A stretch of 64,000 bases of DNA from Callorhinchus milii (lineage: Eukaryota): contig NW_024704742.1 of the NCBI RefSeq assembly GCF_018977255.1, forward strand, positions 10,232,001 to 10,296,000. The letters run 5' to 3'. This document shows, piece by piece, positions 36,101 to 49,548 of the stretch. The translations under genes were made by a program, and so were the position numbers. Every line of letters starts with the position of its first letter. Position 1 is the stretch's first letter. A model generated the notes under the pieces. It worked only from the letters and a program-made list of their open reading frames with translations. It searched no databases and was not told the DNA's origin.

Positions 36101-39100
36101 TACATCTACATTGATGAATGGCATGGTCAGAGTTTGTGAAACAGGCCTGCCCTAACCAAAGAGGGCTGAGCAAACAGAGAGATGGAACTTTGTGTACCCC
36201 TCTAGATTTCTCTTCCTATCTATCAGACCATTCTGCAGCTGATGGATGCACAGGTCATGCCTTTTGAGCTCTTTGACCCTTTTATAAAAAACAAATATAT
36301 TTGATTAGCTGAAACCCTCAACAGGAAACCTGGAGTTAATTGAATAAATAAGGAGCATAAACTTGATGAATCCCTTGAACACAGGAGGTACCCGAGAGGA
36401 GGGAGACTTGATTTTTTGAGACTGGCAAAAGTATTTAGGAATCGGGAACTCCAGATGTGATACGAACGACTTTCTGGACCACATTTGGAAGGCAATTTGG
36501 GTTTCAACTTCTGTGAAGTTGGCATCGGAGTGGAGTTTCAGAGGGTCAACAACAACAACTGCATTTACGCAGCGCCCTTCACGCAGGATGGCATCCCGGA
36601 ATGTTTCAGTGGCGGGTCTGACAACGAGCCAAGGGGAGAGTGAGGAGGGAGGTGACCGTAAGTATGAGCAAAAAGAAAGGTCTTCAGGTGGGATTTGAAA
36701 GTGGGGAAGGAGGGGGCAAGGCAAAGGGATTGAGGGAGAGAGTTCCAGAGTTTGGGGGTGTATTGGCTGAAGGCACAAGGGACAAATAGGAGGCCGGAGC
36801 CAGCTGAGCGAAGGCAATGGGTAGTGGAGTGGGGGTAAGCAGGGTCGATTCCATACTGGCCGGATCCATTATTTGCAGTCCCTTTGAGAATACCCTCACC
36901 CACCCTCCAAGTACACGCAAGCTGCTGTGATTAGAATTCCACAAGGAGGTGGGGAGACACACCAACAGGGCTTGGAATGACAACTCTCATAAAACACTAC
37001 ATAAGGCAAAGACCCGGTATTGCTGTCAATCTATAAACGTACCCCTAATACTGTGTCAACCTTTATAAGGCAACAACTTTTAATTATCTCTTCGCTCTCA
37101 CGCCCTCTTTTGATAGAATCCTAAAAAAGAATGATCGATTCCTTGTAAAATAGAGAGTTGTATTTGGAATCATAGAATCATAGAACATTACAGCGCAGAC
37201 AGAGGCCATTTGGCCCATCATGCCTGTGCCGGCTCTTTGGAAGAACTACCCATTTAGTCTCATTTGTAAAAATCCGGGATGCCATCCTGCCATCACTCTG
37301 AAGGCCAGACCAACACTTCAAACAAATTACATTTGTATAGGGCCTTTCACATCGGGAGGGTGTCCCAAGGGACAAGACAATCAGGGATTTAGACCTGAGC
37401 AGGGGGTTGGCATCAGGAGGGGTGGAGGGTAGGGAGGGTATGGGTAGGAGGGTGACCGAAGAAGTGGTCGAAGAGGAGAGTCTTGAGGCAGCATTTCATG
37501 ATGCTTCAGTACCTCAAAGGAACATTGGGTAGATTGGGTGCAATGTAAGAGTAAGGGGCAGACAACAATGCATGAGTACAAATAACATACCGAGCAGTCT
37601 ACAGGACTGGGTTTCCCCTCCTGCAAGGCATATCCACAATACCTTCAAATCATGTGGAGGCAGCTGTGGATTCATGATGTGCAACATAAATCTTCCCTGA
37701 TCCAGACAGACTGCACTCCCACACTGACGTACTAAATTCATTTGGGGGCTTTGTTTAGCTACGATCAATATTAGAGAAGTGAGAGGAAAGATATTTTTTC
37801 CCAAAATGTCTCTAGTTGATTGCCATGATCTTGACTTCCCCAATTACAGCAGCCAACAATAATATTTACTGGCCATCAAGATAATGGATATGTGCACTCA
37901 TTACTCATCACTGTGCAAATCTATTTTAAATACACACACAGCAAAACCGCTGGATTCTAATCTAGAGCCAATTTGGATCTTAAACAGATTTAACTTTCCA
38001 TTGAAAAAAATGAAAACATTAAATACTGATACCAAGACACTTGTAGTTCTGGTATAATTCAATGCCACAAAATCTTTTTTTATTAGAAACATCCCGATTA
38101 CAATTACTCTTTATGTACTTGGATTTATGTTCTCCTTTTCCTGGAGATTTGTGAAGTTCTGATAGACATTTTGAGATTGCCATTAAACCTTGAGAGGAAT
38201 CCAACAGACTTAAAACAAACAAATGTTTCCTATATTCGAGAAGAGTATTCAAGCCATCCATACATCATAATAATAATAATCCTTCCATGTGATATAGTGC
38301 CTTATCACGTCGTTGAGATTTCTCAAAGAACTTCACAGAATATATTGTAAAGTGACTGTATTTTGTGGCAGAAACGCGGCAGCCTATTGCGCACAGCAGT
38401 GTCCCACAAACACTTATGGATTGAATGATCAAACTGTTTTGTTTTTTCCGGCGTGGGGTGGGGGTGGGGATTATTAGTGATCCGCCAATCGACTAACAAC
38501 TGGGTTCCTACTTACTGCTAGATAAACAGAGATGTGTGGAGTAAGGGAACTAGCCTAAGGTTTCGCCCTTAACACATTTATATTGGAATGTAAAGTCTAA
38601 CAGCCTATTAAACCCGAGGCTTACAGTGAGAGTAGAATGTATGTACAGTATAACGCAGTCTGAACACAGTCACCAACTTTCAAACATTAGAAAATCCCAA
38701 GACTACAGAAACACACGTGCAACTTATTAAGAACACGTGTGTATTATCCGTCTGTGCTTCTATTTTATTTGAAGCAGTTGCACAGTCCAGCATAACCCTA
38801 TCCATAAATGAACTACATTCAGTGAGTTTCTCCTTTGCAATTGCCCATGAGGAATGTATTAAATGTACATACAGCCTGTATCTACGTTAAATAATAAATA
38901 ATCCTTGCATTTGATATAGCAGTTTTCACGTCGGGAGAATTGCTCAAAGTGCTTCAAAGGAAAGAGTGCAGGACTACGGCGCACACAGCAGCCAATTTGC
39001 ACACAGCTATGTCCCACAAACAGCCACTTGAATCACCAATTTTATCTGGGAGATTGTTAGCCAAGACACACGCACACACACATGGAATCATGTTACAATG

Positions 39101-39564
39101 TGTTAAGTGCAGTGTGTTTGTTAGAATTCATTGCATGCACACACATGCTTTGTGCACATTTCCATGTATAATGTGGAATTATTCAACCCCTGTTCAGGGA
39201 GTATCTGATTCACTGAAAGATACTTCAGAGACCAGGAAAAGAAATCTCCCATTGTTTGGAACCACATCTTTTGTGAGGCACTGCTTTTGTGGCAAGTGTG
39301 ACTTCTGAGGATTGGCTTCTAAGCCAAATAATATTTACAGTCTAAAGGTCATCAAAATAATGGATATGTAACACTCATTACTCATCACCATGCAAATCTA
39401 TTTTAAATACACACACAGCACAACCGCTGGATTCTAATCTAGAGCCAATTTGTATCTGAAACAGATTTGACTTTCCAATAAAAAAATGAAAACTGATACC
39501 ATCCATGACACTTATAGGTCCAGTGTGCTGCATACTTCAACGCTACAAAACCTTTTTTTTTGGA

Positions 39565-40720
39565 AACAACAACAACAACAACAAGATTCCATTTATAGAG
39601 CGCCTTTCACGTTGGGAGGACGTCCCAAAGCGCTGGACAGTTTGGTCAGGACCCGAGCAGGGGGGAAATGGTCAGGGTGAGGGGAGGGAAGGGAGGGAGC
39701 GAGGAGGGGGTAAATGGTCAGGGTTAGGGGAGGGAAGGGAGGGAGCGAGGAGGGGGTAAATGGTCAGGGTGAGGGGAGGGAAGGGAGGGAGCGAGGAGGG
39801 GGTAGAGAGTCGAGAGGGGAGCTGAAGGCACGGTCAAAGAGAAAGGTCTTGAGACCAGCCTTGAAGGAGGAAAGGGAGGAGGCGGCGAAGGCACTGGGGG
39901 ATAGAGTTCCAGAGCCTCGGGGCTCAGAGGCTGAAGGCCCGGCCACCGATGGTAGGGCGGTTGGGGCGGGGGATGTGGAGCAGACCGGAGCCAGAGGAAT
40001 GGAGGGTACGGACAGGTAGGTAGGGGGGTAGTAGGTTGGAGAGGTAGGAGGGAGCGAGGCCGTGAATGGCCTTGTAGGCGAGGATGAGGATCTTGAATTC
40101 GATCCTCTGGGGGATGGGGAGCCAGTGGAGGCGAGCGAGGGTGGGAGTGATGTGGTCGCGGTGTCTGGTGCGGGACAGTACACGAGCTGCAGAGTTCTGA
40201 ACGACCTGCAGCTTGTGGAGGGAAGTGCCGGGAAGGCCGGCGAGGAGAGAGTTCCCATAGTCCAGCCTTGAGGTGATAAAGACGTGGACCAGAGTTTCAG
40301 CAGCGTGAGGGGTGAGGTAGTGCCGTAGTCTGGCGATGTTTCAGAGGTGATGGAAGGCGGTGCCAGTTGTGGCGCGGATATGAGGGAGAAAGGACAGCTC
40401 AGGGTCGAGCAGAACGCCGAGGTTCCTGACCGGCTTTGAGAGGTGGAGAGTGCAGCCTTGGATGCTGATGCTGTCAGCACCTGAGGTGCGGAGGCGCTGA
40501 CGTGAGCCAATCAGGAGGGCCTCAGTTTTGCGCACGTTGAGCTGAAGAAAGTTGTCTCTCGTCCAGGACTCGATGTCGGACAGGCAGCTGTCAGGACATC
40601 GGTGGTCGTGGAGTTGAGGGTAGAGGAGGAAAGGTAGAGTTGGGTGTCATCCGCATACATGTGGAAGTTAACCCCATGTCTGTGGATGATGTCACCACAG
40701 GGGAGCATATAGAGGGTGAA
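39565..40720 (-). mobile_element. young 5'-truncated L2 LINE, near-identical inverted copy of 9970-11113
   Basis: [42 protein letters not shown]... The 248-aa alternative-frame ORFs of the two copies are almost the same. (CAA)n tail at 39565. Confidence 0.95.
39660..39803. repeat. 3 x 46-bp G-rich tandem repeat inside the L2 3' UTR
   Basis: aaatggtcaggg starts at 39666, 39712 and 39758; unit ggggg(t)aaatggtcagggtgaggggagggaagggagggagcgagga. Confidence 0.95.
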
Positions 40721-43696
40721 ACACCCCGAATACAATTACTCTGAACAAAGTCTTCAGTAGACCAAGATGCCTGTATCAGTCACACCCTATGTGCAGGTAA
40801 CTCAAAGCTGGGATGAAAAATTGTAAAAAAAAGACTAAATTAAAAACGGCAAAAAAGATACTATTGCATACTTTTCTCATCTTTCAGATACATCAAACAG
40901 ATACAACGTGAGCTCGGTCAGTTTGTTTAGAGAACGTGAGTTTCTCTTCAGGTAGAGCTTCAGTGTTAGAACTGAATTGGATAGTTTTCTTTTAAGAAAT
41001 AACACGATGGGATACAGTACACAGGCAGTTCGGGGCATATGTGGATGTGACCACCAGGAAGATGGAAGGCAAACTAGATGGACCTTGGTCTTTTTTTCAT
41101 CTAGCATTTCTTATGCTCTTAGGTTCTAATACCTCACAGAGGTAAAGCATTCCTTTTGCTGAGTCCCTGCAATGAAAAGGATTCAGGGAACTTGGTATAA
41201 TTGAGTGCTGGTTGACAGAATCACACCAGCCAGCTTCATGCTGATATATATCCTGTCTTTGGATCAGAGCTTTGGATCATGTCTGTTCTCCCAACGTGAA
41301 AGGCTATATATTAATGTAGAATGTCTCTAAATTACATTGTAAGAAACTTAAAAGGATTTGGAGCAGTTGAGGAAATGAGTCAGCCCCACCTCTTCATGGT
41401 GTTTGTTCCCTTTTTACTTTCTTTTGTCAATTTGTCTTTGAATTCTCTTTCCTTTCACTGGTGTATGGTTGGTAATCCGTCGGTAACCAAGTACCAATTA
41501 GCCTTTATTTACACCCGTTGTACTGGATTCAATGTCAATGCACACATTGATATTAATCTGTTTTATTTGCGATGCCAGAAGCTGACAAATTCAAGAAAAA
41601 TAATGAAAACATGTCTGCAGGCATAGAGATGATGTGAAGTGGGGTCAAAGTTGAGCACAAGGGAGGAAGAATTGAAAAAACATGTGCTTCTGTTGAGAAT
41701 GATTCACCAACAGTATTCGTAACATGTGCATTTATACAGGCAATAAATGAGGATGAATTAGGACGGTTGGCCATTTGTCACTGCTTTGTGTGCTCAGACT
41801 GAGAAACATGGTGTTATAATATCAATAATAAAACTTCTCACCCCAAGAGCAAAAGGCAGCAGCACTAGGTCAAGGCTAGTGGGGGAACCTCAGAGGTGAA
41901 GAACGTAAGAAGAAGCATTGAAGAGCCAACAGGAAAGTGACAAGAGGAGAGACATTAGAAAAGAGGGCGAGGTACCTACGTGAGGTAGAAACTATGAGGA
42001 GAGACATCAATGGCTGAGTGTATGCACGTGTGCATATGGATGTATCAGTATTCCATATGGAGATTTGCGTCTGCCCAGAGATGTGTGTGTGTGTTAGTAT
42101 ATCATGTGTGTCTGCGTTGTGGGTCTATATATTATGTGTGCATGTATGTGTAAATTATATGTGAGCAAATTGTGTGTGTGTGTGTATATTGTGGGTGTGT
42201 TCCAGCGGTGGTTAAGCCTTCAGCCTCTCTGCCCCCATCCTTTGGAACTCCATTTCACATTCCCTCCACCTCGCTCCCTCCCTTGCCTCCTTCAAGGCAC
42301 ATCTCAAGACCCTCCTCTTCGATCGCGCCTTCAGTCACCCTCCTACCCTTATCCTCCCTGCTCTCCACCCTCTCTGATCCCAACCCCCACTGCTTAGGTC
42401 CAAATCCCTGACTGTTCAGCGCCTTGGGACGTCCACCGACGTGAAAGGCGCTTTTCAAATGTAATTTTGTGTCATATAATAATAATCCTCACTTTGATAT
42501 AGTGCTTTTCACGTCTCAAAGCGCTTCATAGAATATACTGTAAAGTGAATTGACTGTATATTTGTGGGTGAAACTGTATATACTGTGTGTGGGTGGGAGA
42601 GATGAAAGCTATTACAAGGCCTGACATAGTTCCAGGCATGCTGAATATCTCCGTCAGGCTCCTTCAACTGAGTATTGTGTGGCGTTAAATCCCAACTTCT
42701 TGGGTGAAAGTGGTTGCGAGGTACTGGGTACATTGAGGCTGGTTATGGGGGGCCAATGTCAAAGGGCAAAACTGTTCAATTCTAGTTCCACCAAGTTCTC
42801 AAAAGGGGTCAATTTCGAATGACACAGTGTCCACTCAATGAAAGGCAGGGTTGCTGATTGACAGAGACCGCTGCCAAATCATCAACATCCCCTATTCATT
42901 GGCCATCGACAAGCACCTGAGGTCAACGCAACAAAGATCTGCTGCTGTGGATTAAAATTAATCCACATTGTGTTCATATGCACTGCCTGAAAATGCGTCG
43001 ACACAGTGCAAGCCGGGGAAGAAAAGCTAGGTAGGACTGCAGCCTTCCCTGATAACATAGATCTTTAATATGCAAGTCTTTGAGGCATCAACTGCAAATA
43101 CAATCCAATTGAAGAAGTGCATCCTTCTTAGTCTGTGAAGCTCTTTCAGAAAAGCTGCCATGAGAGCCACTATATCAAATGTAAGGATTATTATCGCTGC
43201 TTCTCTGGGCGCTGAGTGCTAATTGGTAACACCAACAACAAATTTATATTTGAATAGTGCCTTTCACGTCGGGAGGACGTCCCAAGGTGCTGGACAATCA
43301 AGTATTTCAGACCCGAGCTGGGAGTTGGGATCGGGGAGGGTGGAGGGGAAACGAGGGTGGCAAAAGGCACGATCAAAGAGGAGGGTCTTGAGACAGGTCT
43401 TGAAGGAGGCAAAGGAGGGGGCGAGGTAGAGGGACTGCAAGATGGAGTGCCAAAGGATGGGGGTAATACTATTACCGCTTGCAGATTTGGGGTTGGTGTT
43501 CTTAAATGGCCTCCAGACCTGCAAAGTCCACCTGTAGGAATAGTGCTCCATGGGAACAGATTCACAGCACATTACATCAAAATGTTTACATGGTTCCAAT
43601 GGGGGTTCACACAGGCTGGAACAGCTTGCCATCACTTGAGTCAGGACTTTCTCACAGACTTGCAGGGTTAACTCATTCCAATTTCATGACTTTTCA

Positions 43697-44067
43697 CTAT
43701 AATAATCCTTTCATTTGATACAGTGCCTTATCAAGTCTTCGAAACGTCTAAAAGCGCTTCACAGAATATACTGTAAAGTGTAGGGACTGCATATTTTGTG
43801 GGTGAAACCGGGTAGCCGATTGCGCACAGCAGTGTCCCACACACAGTCATGGATTGAGTGACCACATTATTATTATTATTTTTGAAGGGATTATTATCCC
43901 TGGAAAGCAATCCGACGATCGACCAACAACTGGGTTCCTAGTTAATGCTAGGTAAACAGAGGCATGTGGAGTAAGGAAACTTGCCTAAAGTTTCTTCGTG
44001 CCTGGGAATTGAACTCCTCTCACTTCCAAGGTGAGCGCTCTAACCACTGAGCTACAGGATTCCACAT
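43697..44067 (-). mobile_element. full-length tRNA-derived SINE
   Basis: Tail aataatcctttcatttgata; head reverse complement gctctaaccactgagctacaggattccac. Confidence 0.88.
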
Positions 44068-44624
44068 TATTATCTGCTGTGATTTCCTGTGACAAAGAGT
44101 GATCCAACTCAACAGACAATCAGGTCCCCAGTCAGTCATTCTTCTCCTCACCACCCCCTCACCCGAAATCAGGATTCCCTCTCACCTCCGACAGGATCCT
44201 CAGGGTCAGGTCTTTATGGCTACAGAGTTGGGAAAACAGTTAATTTCATGATACAGTATCAGCTGCCTACCAAGACAAACTACTGTACTGCACTACCACT
44301 GTCAGTCATGTAAATCACTTGGAACAATCCTGTAGCTCGGTCCCCTGGAGCCCCAGCTTCCCCATTGGATTCTATGAATAAACAGCGATGATTTTTTTAA
44401 AGGAAGCAGAAGCCACTTCCAGAAAAAGAAATCTGTCAGCATAATTGAAAGAGAAGTGCTCAACTTGCCTGGAATTCCCGTGTTCCCGTTTTAAATTTAC
44501 CCAGAGAATTGACAAACTCTGGGAACATTCTGAGAACCAAAATATTGGCAAGTCAGATCAGACAATACTTTTTATATTCACCCAAGTACCTCAAGTGTTC
44601 TGAGACACTACAGTCTCACTTACA

Positions 44625-45475
44625 TCAACAACAACAAATTATACTTGTATATTGCACTTCACGTCGGAAAGACTTCCCAGGGTGCTGGACAGTCAAGGGT
44701 TTTTAGACCTGAGCTGGGAGTTGGGGTCAGGAGGGGTGGAGGACAGTGAGGGTGGGGGTGGGAGGGCAGCCAAAGGGATGGTCAAAAAGGTCTTTAGACG
44801 GGATATAAAGGAAGCAAGAGAGAGGTAAGGCGGAGGGATTGCAGGATAGAGTTCCAGAGTGTGGGGGCAGATGCTGAATGCCCAACTACCAATGGTGGGG
44901 CGAGAAGCATGGGGGACCTGAAGCAGGCCAGAGTCTGCCAAGTGGAGGGAACGGACAGGCTAATATGGGATTAGGAAGTCAGAGAGCTAGGGGGGAGCAA
45001 GACCGTGGAAGGCTTGGAAGGTGAGAACGAGGGTTTTGTTCTTGATTCTCTGAGGGATGGGGAGCCAGTGAAGCCGGGCAAGAATGGGGGTGATAGGTTT
45101 GCGGAGCCTGGTGCAAGAGAGGACATGTGTGAAAACAGTGCAGATAATGGGTCTGTGTGTGGGTCTCTTTCTCTCTTATCTGTACTCACCTGGATTCGGG
45201 CGATGTTGCGGAGGTGGGGAAGGCAGAGCGGGTCATCGCATGGATGTGGGGTAGAAAAGATAGTTGAGGGTCAAACAAAATGCCAAGGTTCCAGACTGGT
45301 TTAGCAAGGTGGAGTGTGCAACCATGGATGGTGGTGCTGTCAGCATCTGAGGTGTGGAGACGCTGACGGGAGCCAATCAGAAGGGCTTCAGTCTTGTTGT
45401 CGTTCAACAGAAGAAAGTTAACTCTCATCCAGGACTTAATGTCTGACAGACATTCTGTCAGGACAGCAGTGATCC
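44625..45475 (-). mobile_element. L2 LINE 3' fragment with an internal disruption near 45130-45185
   Basis: [36 protein letters not shown]...NLGILFDPQLSFLPHI; (CAA)n tail at ~44627. Confidence 0.88.
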
Positions 45476-46184
45476 ATGTGAAAGGCACCATATCAATGCA
45501 AATTGTTGTTGTTTTAGTCTTCTGTCACAAACTCAGTCTGAGATCTCCTGGCAACATGGCAAAGCCGGCCATCACTCCACACTCTTCAATTTTGACACAG
45601 GAGAGGCCTGAAATTCCACTTAGCATTAGCTTGCAGGCTGTTTTGTTTGGAAACTCAAGATTGTGTGCAGAATTGGATACAATTCTTCAATTCAAGAGAA
45701 GCCGACTTTTTTAATAATATTAAAAAGAAACTTTCCAATTAAAAAAAGGTTTTCAAATTAAGATTGCATTGAAGAATTTTTTCCACAATTCTGCATGATT
45801 TTAACTGTTAAACCAAAATGGTTGTTAAATGTGGAGAGTGATGGTGGGGGAGGAAATTATGCTTGAATAGTTTCAATAACACAGTGCCACAGTAGCAGAA
45901 ACTAATTTCAGTTAATAATAATAGAGCTGTCATAACGTACAGCCCAACACCAGATGCCTCTGGCCCTGAGGGCATGATATATCATTTATTTCATTTAAAT
46001 TGTAATTTAATTTATAATCTTTACTCGGAAGGTTGTGGCATTGCTCAATTTTATAAACAGTTTTCTCCATTTAACATAGAAAAGGGAAATCTTGCCAGAA
46101 GACATTTGAATCCTTTTTTTCCTCTATTTGGTGCATGGCTCCACAGACATCAGACTCCCGCCAATATTCTCCTCCAAAAATAAA

Positions 46185-46670
46185 AATAATTTGGTCACTC
46201 AATCCATAATTAAAATAGAATAAATAATTTGGAATTGTCTTTTGAAGACTGTTTGTGGGACACTTCTGTGCACAATTGGCTGTCATGTTTCACTCACAAA
46301 ACAGAGTCATTACACTTTACAGTGTAACCTGTGAAGCGCTTTGGGATGTCTCAACAACGTGATAAGGCGCTATATCAAATCCAATTATCATTATTATTAT
46401 TATTATACCTCATCCAAATGGCCATTATTCGTGTGAGTCTGGATGGGTGTTGGCATCAGTTAAGCCATGACCAAAAATCTAAGATAATAATAATAATAAT
46501 TCTTGCATTTGATATAGCGCCTCATCACATCTTCAAGACATCTCAAAGCGCTTCACAGAACACAGTATAAAGTGAATTGACTGTATATTTTGTGGGTGAA
46601 ACACAACAGCCAATTGCACACAGAGGTGTCCCGCAAACAGTCATTTGAGTGACCAATTTATTATTTATTT
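46185..46670. mobile_element. tail-to-tail inverted pair of SINE 3' halves (46185-46405 + and 46485-46670 -)
   Basis: The + copy ends gataaggcgctatatcaaat...tattattatt. The - copy begins taataataataattcttgcatttgatatagcgcc about 80 nt later. Confidence 0.85.
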
Positions 46671-46989
46671 ATTTTACGATCAGGCAGAATTGTGAAATAT
46701 CGGAGCACTTACGAAGATGGATGGCAAATCCTTCTATTCTGTGAATGGGGATTGAAATTGTACGTGAAAACTCTGAACAAAGGCCCCACCTGGTTTTCAC
46801 CTCAGACACCTAAGCACTTACTCTGATCTCGCCTGTCACAGGTTCTTGTGTGTGAGTGCGCACACATTGGATGTGTTTGTGCGTTCTGGTGATAAGATGA
46901 AGGAACTAATTGTATTATTCATCATGTACATTCATTACAAAATCTATATTTAATTTAAGGGAAAGGCCGATCAAACAGAACCATCGTAC

Positions 46990-47206
46990 CTGAAGTTATG
47001 CATAAATTGTCGAAATTTATCAGCTCTCTTTGCCAGGGGCACGATGATGTTAATTAGTACATGGGACGTGTCCACTTTTTCCTTCGTCACCTTCATGATG
47101 GGACCAAATGGACGGAATAGAACCAGGCGTTTGAATTCACGGGCTTTGTCTCCTTTGAAAGTAAGCTCGTATAAGGTACCTTTGTCCTTCTCTGTGCGGT
47201 AAATAC
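46990..47206 (-). CDS. CSGALNACT1: chondroitin sulfate N-acetylgalactosaminyltransferase 1, coding exon (217 bp, phase 1 to phase 2)
   Basis: Minus-strand acceptor ttccgcAG and donor AG|GTACGA. Translates (G)[71 protein letters not shown](R). Missed by the ORF track. Confidence 0.95.
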
Positions 47207-49217
47207 CTGCGGAAATGACGAAAATTCAAAACAAATTACTCCTCGCCATCAAAGCAAGGGCAATCATGGCCTGAGGATAATAATGATAATAATCCTTGCA
47301 CTTGATATACTGCCTTATCACAACTTCTAGACGTCTCAAAGCGCTTTACAGAATATACTGTAAAGTGAATTGACTGTACATTTTGTGGTCGAAATGCCCA
47401 CAAATCAACTAGTAATCTAATTAATCTGAACCACTTTGTTCACCTAAACCTTCTGCTGAGAATGATTGTCCCTAGTTATAGAATTTGAAACCATGTTAAA
47501 CATATTATTACTCTTCAGTTCACTGTACCATTTAGCATCTTAAATACTTAAATAGGATCTCCCCTGAGCCTTCCCTTTTACAGTGAGAACAGGAATTGAG
47601 AACACTTTAAAAATAAACCTATTATAGCTGTATTATCATTCAGATCTGAGACTGATCTGCCAGCACAATACAGGTGGAGTGATTGTCAACTCTTAACACA
47701 ATATACAATGCTCAATCCAAAATGCCGAGACCTAAATAATCACTTTTGCTTAGACAAAACCCAACGGCATCGAGCAGACGATGAGAGCAATTACATCAGC
47801 TCAGTCTATCTCAGCTCAACTTGTAGACGGAGAAGACTCAAAGAGAAAATAATCGGATGTGTCTGGTGAGAGTGTAAAACCAGCAGGGAATCGATCACTT
47901 CTTAAAAGAATAGCAAACAGGCAAGACTTTGTCAATGCTTCCTTCAGATGTTTCACAGATGAAACATAACAGGATATCCAAGAATATGCAAACGGCCATG
48001 ACCTTAAGAGTGCTGAGTGAGCTTGCACATGCACATTGTGAAACTGATGTTAACAACAAAGGAACTCATGTACTAACAAAAAGGATGTGTGTGTGTGTGT
48101 GTGTCTAAGTCACACACAGGTCATTTCAATCCACGACTGTTTATGGGACACTGCTGTGTGCAATTGGCTGCCGCATTTTGCCCACAAAACATACAGTCAA
48201 TTCACTTTACAGTATATTCTGCGAAGTGCTTTGAGATGTCTAGAAGATGTGAAAAGACGCTATATCAAATGCAAGGATTATTATTATTATTCACAACAAG
48301 ACTTTCTTAATGAAGCAATACAATTGGACTCATGGGTTAGGTTCTTTAGGGCAGCAATCAGAGATCCTTCTTCCAGCCACCATCTAAAGAGAAGTGTCCC
48401 TGTGAGACATTGGATTAAATCAGCTATCACGCCAGTGTGTTTAAATAGCTTGCCAATATGTTCTCACACTACGGCTGCTGAAGTCTGAAGGAAATTAAGT
48501 CAATCAGTGATCAAGTGGTGAGATGGTATTTTTAATATGCACCAACACTGAAATTAGAGGTTTTAAAATCAACTTAATCCTGCTGCACCGCAAATCAGAA
48601 ATGATAGTATTGTAGAAATGGGCCATAAACTTTCTAGTTTCCAGCATGCAGCATAATAATAATCCTTGTATTTGATATAGCGCTTTAACACACATCTTCG
48701 AGATTTCTCAAAGTGCTTCAAACTACACTTAACTACACTTTGAATTAGGGTCAGGAGGGAATCTGCCACTGTTCCTTTCCCTGTTCCCAGATGTTAAAGA
48801 ACAAATTGGATGATTGCTTCCAAACATAGACTTGTGCGGGAAAAGTATAATCCAGGCAAAGACATGAAGAGCAAGACCACACCAGAAGATAAGGTACCTT
48901 CAAATCAGTACAGAATTATTATTATTATTATAATTTAACCCCTGTTCACAGCTGATCATGACTGGGTCTTTGAAGCATCTATTTCTAATAAACCAGCCTG
49001 CCCTTACCCTAACACAAATAATTAACCCTTGAAACCAGAACTAGTGTATTACTTATTTCTACTGCACTAGAACACAATACCAACTAATCCTAGACTTGTG
49101 ATTCAGAATTAAGTTGTTTTTGTGAATCATTCTGTCAATTTCGGTATTGGTAGATATTGGTGGACAGTGCCACTGATTGCTATTTAATTTCATTATCTAA
49201 GGTCTTGAGGAACTGTA

Positions 49218-49548
49218 GTAATAATAATAATCCTTGCATTTGATACAGTGCCTTATTACATCTTCGAGACATCTTCACAAAATATACTGCAAAATGGATT
49301 GACTGTATGTTTTGTGGGCAAAACACGGCAGCTAATTGTACACAGCAGTGTCCCACAAACAGTTGTGGATTGAGTGACCAATTTTTTTTAAGGAATTATT
49401 ACCCCCGGAAAAGCAATCGACTAACAGCCGGGTTCCTACTTACTGTTAAATAAATAAAAACCTTTAGAGTAAGGAAACTTGTCCAATGTTTTACCCAGTC
49501 TTTCGATTGCGAGGCGAGTGCTCTAACCTCTGAGCTAGAGGACTCTAC
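49218..49548 (-). mobile_element. tRNA-derived SINE, near full length
   Basis: taataataatccttgcatttgata...gcgaggcgagtgctctaacctctgagctagaggactc. Confidence 0.85.

Noticed and set aside
36223..36540. 100-aa ORF on the - strand and a faint pogo-transposase-like TILQLMD stretch on the + strand
   Set aside because: No recognisable domain or splice context. The + frame has several stops and the resemblance is too weak to call.
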